From positions 32,001 to 96,000 of the forward strand of contig OY970065.1 in assembly GCA_963705295.1 (NCBI GenBank): a stretch of DNA of 64,000 nt, written 5' to 3'. The position numbers and the translations under genes are program-made. The DNA is from Parachlamydiales bacterium. Its GTDB lineage: Bacteria; Chlamydiota; Chlamydiia; Chlamydiales; Rhabdochlamydiaceae. Positions 30,849 through 42,442 of this stretch are shown piece by piece. The notes beneath the pieces are model-generated. The model made no database searches and had not been told where the DNA came from. It saw only the letters and a program-made list of their open reading frames with translations. Numbering within the stretch: the stretch's first letter is position 1; every line of letters begins with the position of its first letter.

Positions 30849-31324
30849 ATGTGATTCTGCCCGTCAAAGATCTGATCTCTCCAGTTATTTGGGATCTAGC
30901 GACGCCTCTCGTGCGACCTTATTACGACCTGATAAATTCCGATCTAAAAAGTCAGCAAGCCTGTAAAAAACTCCTCCAAACCATCACCCGTATCGCCCTT
31001 GCAACAGCAGGATTCTTTGTTTATAAAACAGGTTGGCACCTCGGTGTCCGTTATTTAGGACTCCTTGGCGGAATGGGAACCTTTTGCATTCTCTATATCA
31101 TCGGGAATAAAATCGACGCCCCCGCTAACTACACAGCAGCAACGTCGTGGTTTCTCTATGAAGGCATCTTAGGCCTGCTGCGAAGTTGGGGAGCCAGCCC
31201 AGCTGCGATGCTCTGTCTTCTTCTTGTCCGGGAAAAAAAAGATTCTCAAGAACCACAAGGAATCATGAAACTCTTAGACCCTTTCTTCACGACCGCAGCA
31301 GCTTCTCTCGCTGCCAGTCAGTAA
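30833..31324 (+). CDS. hypothetical membrane protein (start uncertain)
   Basis: Hydrophobic segments; QACKKLLQTITRIALATAGFF resembles QAQKFIHTTLRITTAAAFFF of the upstream ORF. Confidence 0.6.
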   Translation: MALFLNVILPVKDLISPVIWDLATPLVRPYYDLINSDLKSQQACKKLLQTITRIALATAGFFVYKTGWHLGVRYLGLLGGMGTFCILYIIGNKIDAPANYTAATSWFLYEGILGLLRSWGASPAAMLCLLLVREKKDSQEPQGIMKLLDPFFTTAAASLAASQ

Positions 31325-32356
31325 TTCATCTACAACTCTCATAATACGACTCACAGGCAGTGTATGGAGACAATCGCTCATCTTGCTGCCGCCGCAACCA
31401 TCCATAAAACAAGGACGGCATGAGAAATTTTGTGCAACAACACGACTCTTCGGATGGAGCCAGGGGCCCCAATTAAGATCCGAAGATGGACCAAACAAAG
31501 CAACGACCGGTGTTTTTGTCGCGCTGGCGATATGAAGAGGAACCGAATCGACACAAATCAGAAGGCGGCTCCCTTCAATAATACCTCCCAACTCTTTCAA
31601 TGATGTTTTTCCAGCACAATTGATCACGGGAACTGCAGGAATTTCTTTAATAATTTCCTCAATCATCTTCATTTCATTCGTATCTGAACTGGCCGTGAGA
31701 ACGATCTGATTTCCTCTTTCATGGAGCTTTTTTATGAGCTCTGCAATGAGACTTGTCGGCGGACATTTAAAACGCCATCTTGAAACAGGGTGAAGAACTA
31801 TATAATTTTCCTTCTCCATTTTTTGACGGCATTCCGGTGGAATATAAAAATATAGATCCCTTTCTTCTGGCGTCGGAAAAATGCCGATTTTACGAAGGCT
31901 ATCCAAATTTTTCTCGACGGTATGACGGGGTGTTTTACAATTTTTTACGACATGGGTATAGATCTTTTTCTTCCCGATAAATCCTTTCCCCTCCGGATCA
32001 AACCCAACACGGATTTTGGCACCCGAAAACCACGCAACGAGCGCTCCCCGATCCCCTTCGGTTAAATTGATGACCAGATCGTATTTTTCTCGGCGGATTT
32101 CTCTCAAAAGTGAAAACTCTTTTATCCATTTCTTTTTCCAACTTCGATCGTAAATGACAAATTTTTGAATAGCCGGATGTCCTTCCAGCATTGGAATCGT
32201 ATCTTTATAAACCATCGCATGGATTTCAGCCTGCGGCACTGCTGCTTGCAAATTGGAAAAAACCGGGGATGTCAAAAGAACATCGCCATGATGTCTCATT
32301 TTCACCACAAGTATTTTTTTTACACACGTCAAGTCCGGATAATTTCCATATGTCAC
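31274..32356 (-). CDS. GT9 LPS heptosyltransferase (RfaQ/heptosyltransferase III-like)
   Basis: ILVVKMRHHGDVLLTSP, VLHPVSRWRFK, CVDSVPLHIASA, VALFGPS. Confidence 0.85.
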   Translation of the reverse strand: MTYGNYPDLTCVKKILVVKMRHHGDVLLTSPVFSNLQAAVPQAEIHAMVYKDTIPMLEGHPAIQKFVIYDRSWKKKWIKEFSLLREIRREKYDLVINLTEGDRGALVAWFSGAKIRVGFDPEGKGFIGKKKIYTHVVKNCKTPRHTVEKNLDSLRKIGIFPTPEERDLYFYIPPECRQKMEKENYIVLHPVSRWRFKCPPTSLIAELIKKLHERGNQIVLTASSDTNEMKMIEEIIKEIPAVPVINCAGKTSLKELGGIIEGSRLLICVDSVPLHIASATKTPVVALFGPSSDLNWGPWLHPKSRVVAQNFSCRPCFMDGCGGSKMSDCLHTLPVSRIMRVVDELLTGSERSCCGREERV

Positions 32357-33267
32357 AAAATTTTCTCCAAAGATTCTAGAATTTGTCCTTCAGGAATCGA
32401 GTTTACATTATACGGATCCCCCAGACACATAGCTTTCTCAGATAAGGGCGCCCACTCCCAGATCTTCGTGCCGCCAAATAAAACCACCTGAGGCTTATCT
32501 AGAGCTGCAGCCAAATGCATCGTTCCCCCATCCCCCAAGAAAAATCGATCCACGGAAGCAACCAAGCCCATAAAATCATCAAAATTCTTCGTCGCAATCA
32601 CCTGGTTTTTCATCTCGAGTTTTTGTGCAAGCTCTTCCGCCTCTACTTTATGCCTCAGCTCACAATTGATCACGACCTCAAAATCTTTCCTAATCCCATT
32701 CAAAATTCTCGCCATCCGTTTACTTTCTAAAATGCTCCCTTCTCGATTATTCGTCACCGATACAAACAGACTCTTCTTTTCAAACGTATACCTAGGCTTG
32801 ACATTCAATCGTGGCTTCAAACGATCAGGCACTTCTTCCAGAGACGGATCTAAAAGCCTAAGACCTTTCACCATTTGATGTCTTTTATCTGTTTCAAAAA
32901 CCCTCGCCTGGTCAATCCACTTCCCATGCCATGCCCCATCGACATACGCCATCCGCCGCTCACTTCTCAACAAATAGAGAAATATATTTAAGAGCTTCAT
33001 CGGAGTCGGTCTCGCCGAAATAACCAAATCGAATTTCCTCTTCCGTAGCCCCCACGCAGTCTTCCCCAGTGCAAGATATTTATTAAAGGACCGAGCCATC
33101 ACCACACCCTCGACTCCCTCCAAATACGGAAGTAAAGGCGCTCCTCTCTGATCTACGATCAGAGTCACTTCAACATCTGGAAACCGCTCCTGACACAAAT
33201 AAACCAGGGGCATGACACATAAAAGATCCCCCAGTCCATTTCTACGAATGATTCCGATCTGTTGCAT
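32353..33267 (-). CDS. GT9-family glycosyltransferase
   Basis: IIRRNGLGDLL, GDGGTMHLAAALDKPQVVLFG, WAP; start placed at ATG 33267. Confidence 0.85.
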   Translation of the reverse strand: MQQIGIIRRNGLGDLLCVMPLVYLCQERFPDVEVTLIVDQRGAPLLPYLEGVEGVVMARSFNKYLALGKTAWGLRKRKFDLVISARPTPMKLLNIFLYLLRSERRMAYVDGAWHGKWIDQARVFETDKRHQMVKGLRLLDPSLEEVPDRLKPRLNVKPRYTFEKKSLFVSVTNNREGSILESKRMARILNGIRKDFEVVINCELRHKVEAEELAQKLEMKNQVIATKNFDDFMGLVASVDRFFLGDGGTMHLAAALDKPQVVLFGGTKIWEWAPLSEKAMCLGDPYNVNSIPEGQILESLEKIL

Positions 33268-33375
33268 AGCTCTTAGTGTGCAAAATTGTGAAATAAACAG
33301 ATAGCAAATTCCACAATCTGAATAACTTAAATAAGATTTAATTTTATTTAAAATTATGATAAAACTATCCACCAT

Positions 33376-34788
33376 ATGACACAATTAACTGCAACAAAAC
33401 CAATCATTTTTAGTAATTTTGAAAATCCAGAGCAGAATTGCATCACACTCAGGCTCAGGGATTTATCTCCTGGGCTTCGAAGGGTTCGAGAAAATTGGTG
33501 GAAAATCCACAAACAACAAAATGATGAAGAAAATGACGATGATATCAAACAAAGAGAGCCTTTTGGTCTGAAACAGGCCGTCATGCTTCCTGTCGGGCTC
33601 ACTTATGCCACTGCCTTATCCTTTATTTTTAGAAATGAACCGGTCATTAGAACAGGACTCACAGGAATTCTCTTAGATTTTGTTAAAACGTCGTACGCTT
33701 ATATTCCTTCAGGATCTGGCGTACAATGGGGATTTCGTCTGACGGCAGCTGCTTCCCTCATCACTTTAATTACTTTGAACTATGTCCCCCAAGACCCTTA
33801 CTACATTGTACAATTTTTAAAATATCTTCCTTTTCTCGACATGACAATGGCAGTTTTCGTTAAAGGGGATCTCAAGCGGTTCAAACTCGATGCAAAAATC
33901 GTTCAACTTTTTGCGAGATGGGACATTCAGCTTTCTAAGAAAAAGGTGAAGTTTGTCAATTCCTTGGTACAGGGATCACTAGCTGCAAGTCTTATGATGC
34001 CTCAGATTTTTGGTATTTATCTTGCTGCTGTCGGGGGAGTTTTGTTTCGACCCCACATGCGCGTGCTTGTTTTCACCGGTTTAAAACGGATTGAACAGAT
34101 CGAGGATAAAAAAACTCAAAATATTGTTTTAGCAACCCTTCATAGTTCTTTAATCGGCGGGGCAATTGGCACCTATTTTTTACTAAAAAATGATCTCATT
34201 TCCCATTCGCCGCTCAATCTTCTACCTTTAACATTCAATATCGTTACGGTTTATATTCTGCTAAGAACTATCAAACAAGTCATCAAAGCCTATATCGGAA
34301 TCGAAGGGGCAGTTTCCAGCGAAATACCCCCTACTTGTCGCGAGAGAAGCATCATCTTCGGTAAGGGGCTCTGCATTCTTGGTATCGTCATTGGATTTTC
34401 GATCCTCTTTGGAGATCAAATCGTCTCTTCAGCAACATCCTCAGTAACATCCAGGGGAAATTCCATTACCACAAATCCAGGCTTTTTGGTCGTTTTACTC
34501 CAAGAAGTCGTCGAAGTTTTGAAAATAGGGACCATTAAGATCATGCCCCAAAACGTTGCCCTCGGTATGGTCACAGCAATGGTTGGAATTGGAGCGGCCT
34601 TAAATATCTTCAGGCAACCTCTCTCCATCAATGAAGATACGGTAGGTTATGGAACCTGTCTTTTTATGGTTCTCTGCTTCATGAATTTAAGCCTAGCCTT
34701 CGTCAAGCGAGACCTTAAACCGCCCCGAAAAAAACAGACCCCTCTACTCCAAATTGAGGCTCGACTAGAAGGCCTAGCCGAGCTATAA
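33376..34788 (+). CDS. hypothetical polytopic membrane protein
   Basis: 470 aa, hydrophilic N-terminus followed by many hydrophobic segments. Confidence 0.7.
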   Translation: MTQLTATKPIIFSNFENPEQNCITLRLRDLSPGLRRVRENWWKIHKQQNDEENDDDIKQREPFGLKQAVMLPVGLTYATALSFIFRNEPVIRTGLTGILLDFVKTSYAYIPSGSGVQWGFRLTAAASLITLITLNYVPQDPYYIVQFLKYLPFLDMTMAVFVKGDLKRFKLDAKIVQLFARWDIQLSKKKVKFVNSLVQGSLAASLMMPQIFGIYLAAVGGVLFRPHMRVLVFTGLKRIEQIEDKKTQNIVLATLHSSLIGGAIGTYFLLKNDLISHSPLNLLPLTFNIVTVYILLRTIKQVIKAYIGIEGAVSSEIPPTCRERSIIFGKGLCILGIVIGFSILFGDQIVSSATSSVTSRGNSITTNPGFLVVLLQEVVEVLKIGTIKIMPQNVALGMVTAMVGIGAALNIFRQPLSINEDTVGYGTCLFMVLCFMNLSLAFVKRDLKPPRKKQTPLLQIEARLEGLAEL

Positions 34789-34791
34789 TGG

Positions 34792-35250
34792 ATGGATTAT
34801 ATGACAATCGAACAGACATTATCGATCATTAAACCCGACGCCGTGAGCCAAAATCTCATAGGGGAAATTTTAACCAGGTTTGAGAAAGCCGGACTCAAAA
34901 TTGTGGCTGCCAAGATGGTCCATCTCACCCTCGATCAAGCCAAAGCGTTCTATGCCGTCCATGCCGCTCGACCGTTTTACATGGACCTCGTCACTTTCAT
35001 GACCGAAGGCCCCGTCTTCATCTCTGTTCTCGAAGGAGAGAATGCCGTGGCCCTGCATCGTTCCATCATGGGAGCGACCAATCCCAAAGATGCCGCTCCA
35101 GGCACCATCCGCCGCGATTTTGCCCAATCGATCGATCGGAACGCCGTCCATGGATCCGACAGCCTCGAAAACGGCAAGAAAGAAATCGATTTCTTCTTCA
35201 ACCCCTCCGAAATTCACTCTCCACAATCAGCGTCCCAGAATCAGCGTTAA
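34792..35250 (+). CDS. ndk: nucleoside diphosphate kinase
   Basis: [28 protein letters not shown]. Confidence 0.97.
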   Translation: MDYMTIEQTLSIIKPDAVSQNLIGEILTRFEKAGLKIVAAKMVHLTLDQAKAFYAVHAARPFYMDLVTFMTEGPVFISVLEGENAVALHRSIMGATNPKDAAPGTIRRDFAQSIDRNAVHGSDSLENGKKEIDFFFNPSEIHSPQSASQNQR

Positions 35251-35661
35251 AGGCCCATCGTTAATCAAGCCGACCTCCATCTCCGCCCCGAAAACCCCTG
35301 TTTGTACAGGAATCTCAAGCCCGACTTCTTTGATAAATTTCTCATAAATGGGCTTTGCAACTGCTGAAGGCGCCGCCTCCAAAAAATCAGGCCTCCGCCC
35401 CTCATTACAATTTGCATAGAGGGTGAATTGAGAAACCACCAATACCGCACCCCGAACATCTTTTAATGAAAGATTCATCTTCCCCTGCTCATCCGAAAAA
35501 AACCTTAGATGAATAAGTTTTTCCGATAACCAAACAGTATCGTCAGGTTTGTCATCTTTGTGGACCCCAAGAAAAACTAGAGCTCCCTTTTGAATTTGTC
35601 CGATTATTTTTCCTTCCACCATCACATGAGCTTCTTTGACTCTTTGTATGACGAGTTTCAT
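35227..35661 (-). CDS. dtd: D-aminoacyl-tRNA deacylase
   Basis: VIQRV, VSQFTL, GRRPDF, FGAEM, INDGP. Confidence 0.97.
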   Translation of the reverse strand: MKLVIQRVKEAHVMVEGKIIGQIQKGALVFLGVHKDDKPDDTVWLSEKLIHLRFFSDEQGKMNLSLKDVRGAVLVVSQFTLYANCNEGRRPDFLEAAPSAVAKPIYEKFIKEVGLEIPVQTGVFGAEMEVGLINDGPLTLILGR

Positions 35662-35816
35662 AGAGGAGATTATACCGCATTATTGATTTTTTTACTGTTC
35701 ATTATATATTGAACAGCAAAGGGGAGTGAACAGTATGAGAGGGAAATCGTCTTGATTCGGGTGAGAGATAAATTCAGGCTTTTTTGAAGCTCCAGTTGCA
35801 TCAACCTAAAAAAAGG

Positions 35817-35879
35817 AAATTAACAGGAAACAAAAATCCTAAATTATTTATCCTGTCCATCCTAATATCCTGTTAATTT
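35817..35879. repeat. AACAGGA/TCCTGTT inverted repeat with internal ATCCT units
   Basis: AAATTAACAGGA ... TCCTGTTAATTT (12-bp perfect); ATCCT occurs four times; right arm overlaps the pckG 3' end. Confidence 0.55.
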
Positions 35880-37589
35880 TTCTAAGGATAATCTCTGTTT
35901 GAGTTCATGGAGTTCGGTGCGGAGCTCTGGGGGGAAGTGGGAGCCAAAGAGGGAGAAATAGTTTTCGAGTTCGGAGGTTTCATTGAGGTAGGAGGGGCGG
36001 TCGATGTGGAAGAGGGATTCGGGTTGGAAAGTGCCGGGGAGAGGGAGGAGGCCGATGGGAGAGGTAGCGGCATCGACGGAGTTGCTGACTCGTTCGAAGA
36101 TCCATTTGAGGACGTAGGTGTTGTGGCGGAAGCCGGGCCAGAGGTAGTGGCCTGAGGGGTCTTTTCGGAACCAATTGACATGGAAGATTTTGGGGGGATG
36201 GCGGAGTTTGGTGCCCATGTGGATCCAATGGGAAAAATAATCTCCCATGTTGTAGCCGCAAAAGGGGAGCATGGCGAAAGGGTCGTGACGGAGCTTGCCG
36301 ACGGTTCCTTTGGCGGCGGCGGTCATCTCGGATGACATGGAGGCACCGAGGAAGACGCCATGGTTCCAGCTGAGAGATTCGAGGATGAGGGGAACGAGGG
36401 TGCTACGACGGCCACCGAAGATAATTGCGGAGATGGGAACGCCGTTTGGATTGTTGAACTCGGGGCTGAGAATGGGACATTGCTCGGCGGCCACGGTGAA
36501 GCGGCTATTGGGATAGGCGGCGGGTTTGCCAGAAGTGGGATCCCAGGGAGTACCTTCCCAGGAGGTGAGATGGGCTGGAGGGATATCGGTCATCCCTTCC
36601 CACCAGACATCGTGGTCCTGGGTTAAAGCGGTATTGGTGAAAATGGTTTTTTTCTGGATCATCTCCATAGCAACAGGGTTGGTTTTGTAGGAGGTGCCGG
36701 GGGCGACTCCAAAGAAACCGTATTCGGGATTGATGGCGTACAGTCTTCCGTCACGACCGATATGGAGCCAGGCGATGTCGTCGCCGACCGTATCGATTTT
36801 CCAACCTGGCAAGAGAGATTGGAGCATGGCGAGATTGGTTTTTCCACAGGCGCTCGGAAAAGCGGCGGCCATATATTTTTTTTCGCCTTTTGGATTGGTC
36901 ACGCCGATGATGAGCATGTGTTCCGCCAGCCAATCTTCCTTCTGTCCGATGGCAGAAGCAATACGGAGTGCGAAACATTTTTTACTGAGAAGAGCATTCC
37001 CGCCGTATCCACTTCCGAATGACCAAATCGATGGCTCGTCGGGAAAATGGACGATATATTTGTTTTCGGGGTTGTTGGGCCAGGGTACATCTTTGAGAGG
37101 TGCACCGACGGAATGGATACACGGGACGAATGATTTTCCCTGCATGGCGACTTCTGCTTCTTTTCCCATCCGGGTCATGAGGCGCATGCTGCAGACGACA
37201 TAGGGCGAATCGGTGATTTGAATACCAAACCGGGCATACGGACTGGTGAGAGGGCCCATACAAAATGGAATCACATAGAGGGTTCTTCCCCGCATACACC
37301 CCTTGAAAAGATTTAAGAGAATATCTTTCATCTCATCGGGATCTTTCCAATTGTTGGTGGGACCGGCGTCTTCTTGTCTTTTAGAACAAATATACGTATC
37401 TTCTTCGGTGCGGGCAACATCATCGGGTGTTGAATGACACCAAAAACTGCCTGGTCGTTTTAAAGGAACAAACGTTTCTTTTTCGACTAAATGTTCGGAA
37501 AGAACTTGAAATTCGGTCTCTGATCCATCGCAGATATGAACCGCGTCCGGTTCACATAAACCTGCGATCTCAGGAATTAAAGACTTCAT
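35862..37589 (-). CDS. pckG: phosphoenolpyruvate carboxykinase (GTP)
   Basis: [55 protein letters not shown]. Confidence 0.97.
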   Translation of the reverse strand: MKSLIPEIAGLCEPDAVHICDGSETEFQVLSEHLVEKETFVPLKRPGSFWCHSTPDDVARTEEDTYICSKRQEDAGPTNNWKDPDEMKDILLNLFKGCMRGRTLYVIPFCMGPLTSPYARFGIQITDSPYVVCSMRLMTRMGKEAEVAMQGKSFVPCIHSVGAPLKDVPWPNNPENKYIVHFPDEPSIWSFGSGYGGNALLSKKCFALRIASAIGQKEDWLAEHMLIIGVTNPKGEKKYMAAAFPSACGKTNLAMLQSLLPGWKIDTVGDDIAWLHIGRDGRLYAINPEYGFFGVAPGTSYKTNPVAMEMIQKKTIFTNTALTQDHDVWWEGMTDIPPAHLTSWEGTPWDPTSGKPAAYPNSRFTVAAEQCPILSPEFNNPNGVPISAIIFGGRRSTLVPLILESLSWNHGVFLGASMSSEMTAAAKGTVGKLRHDPFAMLPFCGYNMGDYFSHWIHMGTKLRHPPKIFHVNWFRKDPSGHYLWPGFRHNTYVLKWIFERVSNSVDAATSPIGLLPLPGTFQPESLFHIDRPSYLNETSELENYFSLFGSHFPPELRTELHELKQRLSLEKLTGY

Positions 37590-37590
37590 T

Positions 37591-38685
37591 TTATGTTAAC
37601 GATTTTCTCTTTTTGAACTTATCAAGATATTCGAGCGCTTTGCCGGTTCCAAGGCAGACTGCAAGAAGTGGATGGGGAGCAACGTGACAGGAAGGCCTGT
37701 TTCTTTGATCAGGGCCTTGTCGAGTCCTTTAATGAGGGCGCCACCGCCCGCGAGAACCATCCCTCGCTCGACGAGATCGGCTGCGAGTTCAGGAGGACAT
37801 TTTTCGAGGGTGAGTTTGACACTTTCGATGATTTGTTGGAGAGGTTCTGCAAGACATTCCCGGATTTCAACCGAATTGATTCGTCTTGGTGATGGGAAGG
37901 CCTGCAACTTGATCGCGACCGCGCACTTCCATTTCGAGTTCGTGTTCGCCGAGTGGATAGGCGGAACCGATCGTGATTTTAATATCTTCGGCAGTTCGAG
38001 GGCCGATCATGAGGTTATAGGTGCGGCGCATGTAGTTGATGATGCACTCATCAAATTCATCACCTGCAATGCGCAGCGAACGAGACTCGACAATGCCGCC
38101 CAGAGAAATAATGGCGATTTCTGTCGTACCACCGCCGATATCGATGATCATGTTGGCAGAAGGTTCATGGACAGGGAGGTCGACGCCAATCGCAGCTGCC
38201 ATCGGCTCTTCGATGAGGATAACTTCTTGAGCGCCAGCGCGGAGTGCTGAATCTTCGACAGCTCGTTTTTCGACACCGGTAATTCCGGAAGGGACAGCAA
38301 TGAGAATTTTGGGACGGAACAGACTTCGAGCATGGAGTGACTCGTTTGAGAAGAGCTTTGATCATTCCTTCTGCAATTTCAAAGTCGGCAATGACGCCGT
38401 CTTTCATGGGTCGGACAGCATGGATTTTTCGAGGAGTTTTGCCGAGCATCGCTTTGGCTTTATGGCCGACGGCCAGGACTTCATTGGTCACAGAATCGAC
38501 AGCAGACAACGGAGGGCTCTGCAAGAACAATCCCTTTGCCTCGCACATAAACCAAGTGTGTTCGCTGTGCCAAGGTCGATTCCAATATCATTGGAGAAAA
38601 ATCCAGAAAGTTTTCCGAACTTTTCCAGATCATGCGTCCGAGGTTTGCAATGGAATCTTTGAGATTAAATTGGTTTTTGACTCAT
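37591..38685 (-). CDS. mreB: rod-shape protein MreB, multiply frameshifted in this sequence
   Basis: Fragments in different frames: [48 protein letters not shown] 38685 to TAA 37591. Confidence 0.9.
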
Positions 38686-38688
38686 AGC

Positions 38689-41600
38689 TTAAGTTCTTAG
38701 AAGTTCTAGAACATCTTCCCAGGTTAATTTAGCAATGGCTTCATCATCGCAGCTTACGACTTTCTTGACCAATCCTTTTTTCCGCTTCTGCATTTCGGCA
38801 ATTTTTTCTTCGATCGTTCCGAGAGTGATCAGTTTATAAGCGGAAACAGAATTTTTTTGTCCCATGCGGTGAACCCGGTCGGTCGCTTGGTTTTCGACAG
38901 CTGGGTTCCACCACATATCGTAATGGATGACAGTATCAGCGCCGACGAGGTTGAGTCCCGTTCCGCCGGCTTTCAGCGAGACTAGGAAGACGGGAATCGT
39001 TTCATCTTCATTGAATTGTTTGACGATCTCCAAGCGGTTTTTGCTCGATCCATCGAGATAGGCAAATCGAATGCCTCTGCTGTTCAAAATCTTCGCGCAT
39101 GATCTGGAGCATGCGTGTGTATTGACTGAAGATGACCGTTTTATGTTTTCCTTCGACAAGAGTTTGGAGCAGCTCCAGGAGCATCTCATATTTTGCCGAA
39201 TCGCCCGGCTCGGCTTTTTCTTTGGCAAAAATCGCTGGGTGACAGCAGATTTGTTTGAGACGTGTCAGTGTTGCAAGCACATGGATCTGAACTCTGTCAA
39301 ATCCATCTCGTTCGACCAGTTTGACCAGTTCATCACGTGCAGATTCGGCATAAGATCGGTAGAGCTCTTGCTGAACATCGGAAAGCTGGCAGTGGTAGAC
39401 AATTTCCGAAACAGGAGGAAGATCGTCTAAGCACATCGCTCTTCATGCGGCGCAAAATAAAGGGAGAGACTTTTTTGCGCAGATATTCGAGATTTTTCGA
39501 TCTGTTCATTGCCCGTAGACACGGATATATTTTTCAACGAAATCGATCGTAAGTACTCAAGAAGCCTGGCATCAAGAAATCAAACAGACTCCACAGCTCA
39601 TCGAGCGAATTTTCGATCGGCGTTCCGGAGAGGATCAAACGGTGCTCTGCTTGGATCATCTTCACCGATTTCGCATTGCGCGTGCCGCGGTTCTTGATAT
39701 GTTGCGCTTCATCGAGAATCGACGTAACGAGAAGGTGCAGCGTCTTATAATACTCGATATCTTTTTGCAGCAGTGTATAGGAAGTGATGACCACATCGTA
39801 CTTCTGCATATTTTCGATCAGCTGTTTTCGAGCTGAGGGGATCCCATCGATCACCAATAGCTTTGAGCTTTGGATTGAATTTTGCAAACTCTTCTTTCCA
39901 GTTATAGAGAAGCGAAGTGGGACAGACAATCAATGAAAGCGCTTTTTTCTTCTCGCACGGTACTGGGTAATGGCAACGATCGCCTGGAGCGTTTTTCCAA
40001 GACCCATATCGTCGGCCAAAATTCCGTTCAAATACATCATGCGGAGACTCTCGAGCCAGTGAACTCCCTCTTTCTGATACGGCCGCAGTGTTGCCTTGCA
40101 CCTCTTCGGGTACAGGGGTGAATGTCAATTTTTTCTCACCGAGCATTTGTTTCCGGATATCGACCAATTTATCTGAAATCGTAAAGGTTACGGGAAGCCC
40201 CTTGAATTGATCGGCATCGATATTCGCTAAACTCCAGAGTGGACGTTCCAACTTATGGTCGTTTAAGACGGTTATTCCGAGCTCATCAAATAGCTGGACA
40301 ACTCCGCCGATCTTCTCCAAATCGAGGACGAGAATTTTGGGCATTTTATTCCCTTCAGCAGCTTTTTTCGCTCGGAGCTTCGGATTGTCCATTTCGAGAT
40401 AGGCCCGCCTGGAAGCAATACATTCCCAAAGCAGATCGACTTTGGCCCCTTTGAGGGAACCTTTTACTTTCAGATCGATTTCATACATATCGATTCGATC
40501 GGTGTGAGAGAGGCTTAAACTGTATTCGGTCTGATCGTAAATAAATTGATCGAGAAGATTTTGAGGACAATTAAATGTCACCCGTTGTTGATACCGAGGA
40601 ATGATGTCGGTCATGAATTCAACGATTTTCTTTTCCGATTTCGCGATGAAAAATCCTTCATCAGCATTGAAAATAAAATCTTGGAAAAGTTCTTCGATGA
40701 GCTTTCTTTCTTCGACCAGATTCCGAGCTAAAATCCCAGACGGTGTCACAAACGAAGAGACGTGGTCGTATTCCAGTTTTGTCGGAGCTGCCGGTATTTT
40801 GTATTGATCGTAATGGAAAAAGAGCATCGCCTCTAACTCACCGTCCAAATAAACTAGATCGCAGGTCGCTTTTACCGATTCGACATACGGCAAGGTGACA
40901 AAGTCTTCGATCGCTTTACCATTTTCGATCTGAGCAAACCGGGCCAGTTCAGGCATCGCATTTTCAACAAATGTACCAAACAGTGGCTCTGGAATTGTGA
41001 GATCGAGGAGGGTTTTGAGATTTTTTAGGTGAAGACGGGTGATGTGTGGAGGGAAAAAATAATACGTATTTTGATGCAGCATTCCCGGATTTGCACAAGC
41101 AAACAATTTTGCTTCATCGACTGAAATTTGTTTTTGTTCGACCATCAGCGTGGGTTGCAATAAAATTTTTGAAACAGGGGGTTTCAAATACTCTATGATA
41201 AACTTTAGTGAGGCAGCTTGTGGGGAAAATTTCAAAGGATTTTCAAAAGTTGCATCGAAAAGCCCAGGAAGGAGGGGAAGATCGTCTTCTTGGAAATTGA
41301 ACTTACTCTCCTTTAGACACGCATTTGCCACCTCAAAATTCCGTGCAAGGACAATCCCAAAGAGTTCCACATCGATTTGGGCAATCCGGTGCCCCTTTTC
41401 TGTACTCGGCTGTTCTTGAAAACGGGCTTGTTCCATGATCATTTTCAAAACTTGCCTTTGCCCTTCTTCAAACGATCGGAGTGAAAAACAATACCGTTTA
41501 CTTCCAATGAAGATCGGCTCTTCAAAACGGAGCGCTTCAAAAAATTTTTTCAAATATGGAACATGGAGAGGCTTAGAACGGGAAGGAAGCCTGAGCGCCA

Positions 41601-42192
41601 ATTGCAATTCAACAGGTTGTCTTCCATCGAGATTTTGCGGAAGGAGAAAAACCCACGCGGTTTCGGCTCGATCGATCTCGTAGCTCTCTTTTGGTTTGAA
41701 GAAAGGAGAGGTCGAGAGCATTTCGGAGGAGGCAACATACTCTTGGAGGACTTGTTTCTGATACAGTTCTTCTTGTTTTTGAGTTTGTTTGGTCTCAGCT
41801 TCTTTGAACTTGTCGATGAGCTGACGTCTCTGCTCATCACTCAAGTCGTGTTTTTCAGCCAGATCTTCTAAATTATTCTCTTTAGAATACGAGACCATGA
41901 TTTCATCGAGTCTCTCTTCCAAATAAAAAATAAGGGCAGCTAAATGTTGACAGTCGTAGTTATAAGGGCAATCGCAATCCGAATCGATTGTCTCGCACTC
42001 TAACCGGTCGATCTCAATTTCACTCTCGTAATGGTTCTCATATTGCCCTTGAACCCTGCCGCTGATCCGGACAATCCGATGGTCAAGATGGAGGATTTTA
42101 GCGGCTACAACTTTCTGTTTATCAAACAGTTCTTTTCCTTCCTTGACAATCCCTGAAGCAAAATCTTGTCTGAGTTTCCGAAAATTCAACAT
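38689..42192 (-). CDS. SWIM-domain SNF2 helicase (CT708-like), frameshifted in the helicase part
   Basis: [22 protein letters not shown] (SWIM); [18 protein letters not shown] and [11 protein letters not shown] fall in successive frames. Confidence 0.88.
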
Positions 42193-42353
42193 CTTTTCAT
42201 CCTACGTATTCGGTGATCCTTAAAAACCGACTTGTGAACTTGTGTTTTACTTTATTTTTTAAACTCTCGCAACAAAAAATTTGCAGCTCTCTGGTAAAAT
42301 ATTTTTTAGGAAGTTGATGAAAAAGTTCTTTTCAACTTATACTATCCACCTGC

Positions 42354-42425
42354 GCGGGTGTAGCTCAGTGGTAGAGCATCACGTTGCCAACGTGAGGGTC
42401 GTGAGTTCGAACCTCATCACCCGCT
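42354..42425 (+). tRNA. tRNA-Gly(GCC)
   Basis: GCGGGTG/CACCCGC acceptor stem, TCACG-TT-GCC-AA-CGTGA anticodon arm, GTTCGAAC T-loop; CCA not encoded. Confidence 0.96.
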
Positions 42426-42442
42426 TTCTCAAAAAAGGTTAT

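Noticed and set aside
35882..36261. Ser/Pro-rich and Pro/His-rich small ORFs
   Set aside because: Alternative frames of the skewed pckG 3' end.
42281..42442. 54-aa N-terminal extension of trigger factor
   Set aside because: It reads through tRNA-Gly; the real start is ATG 42443.
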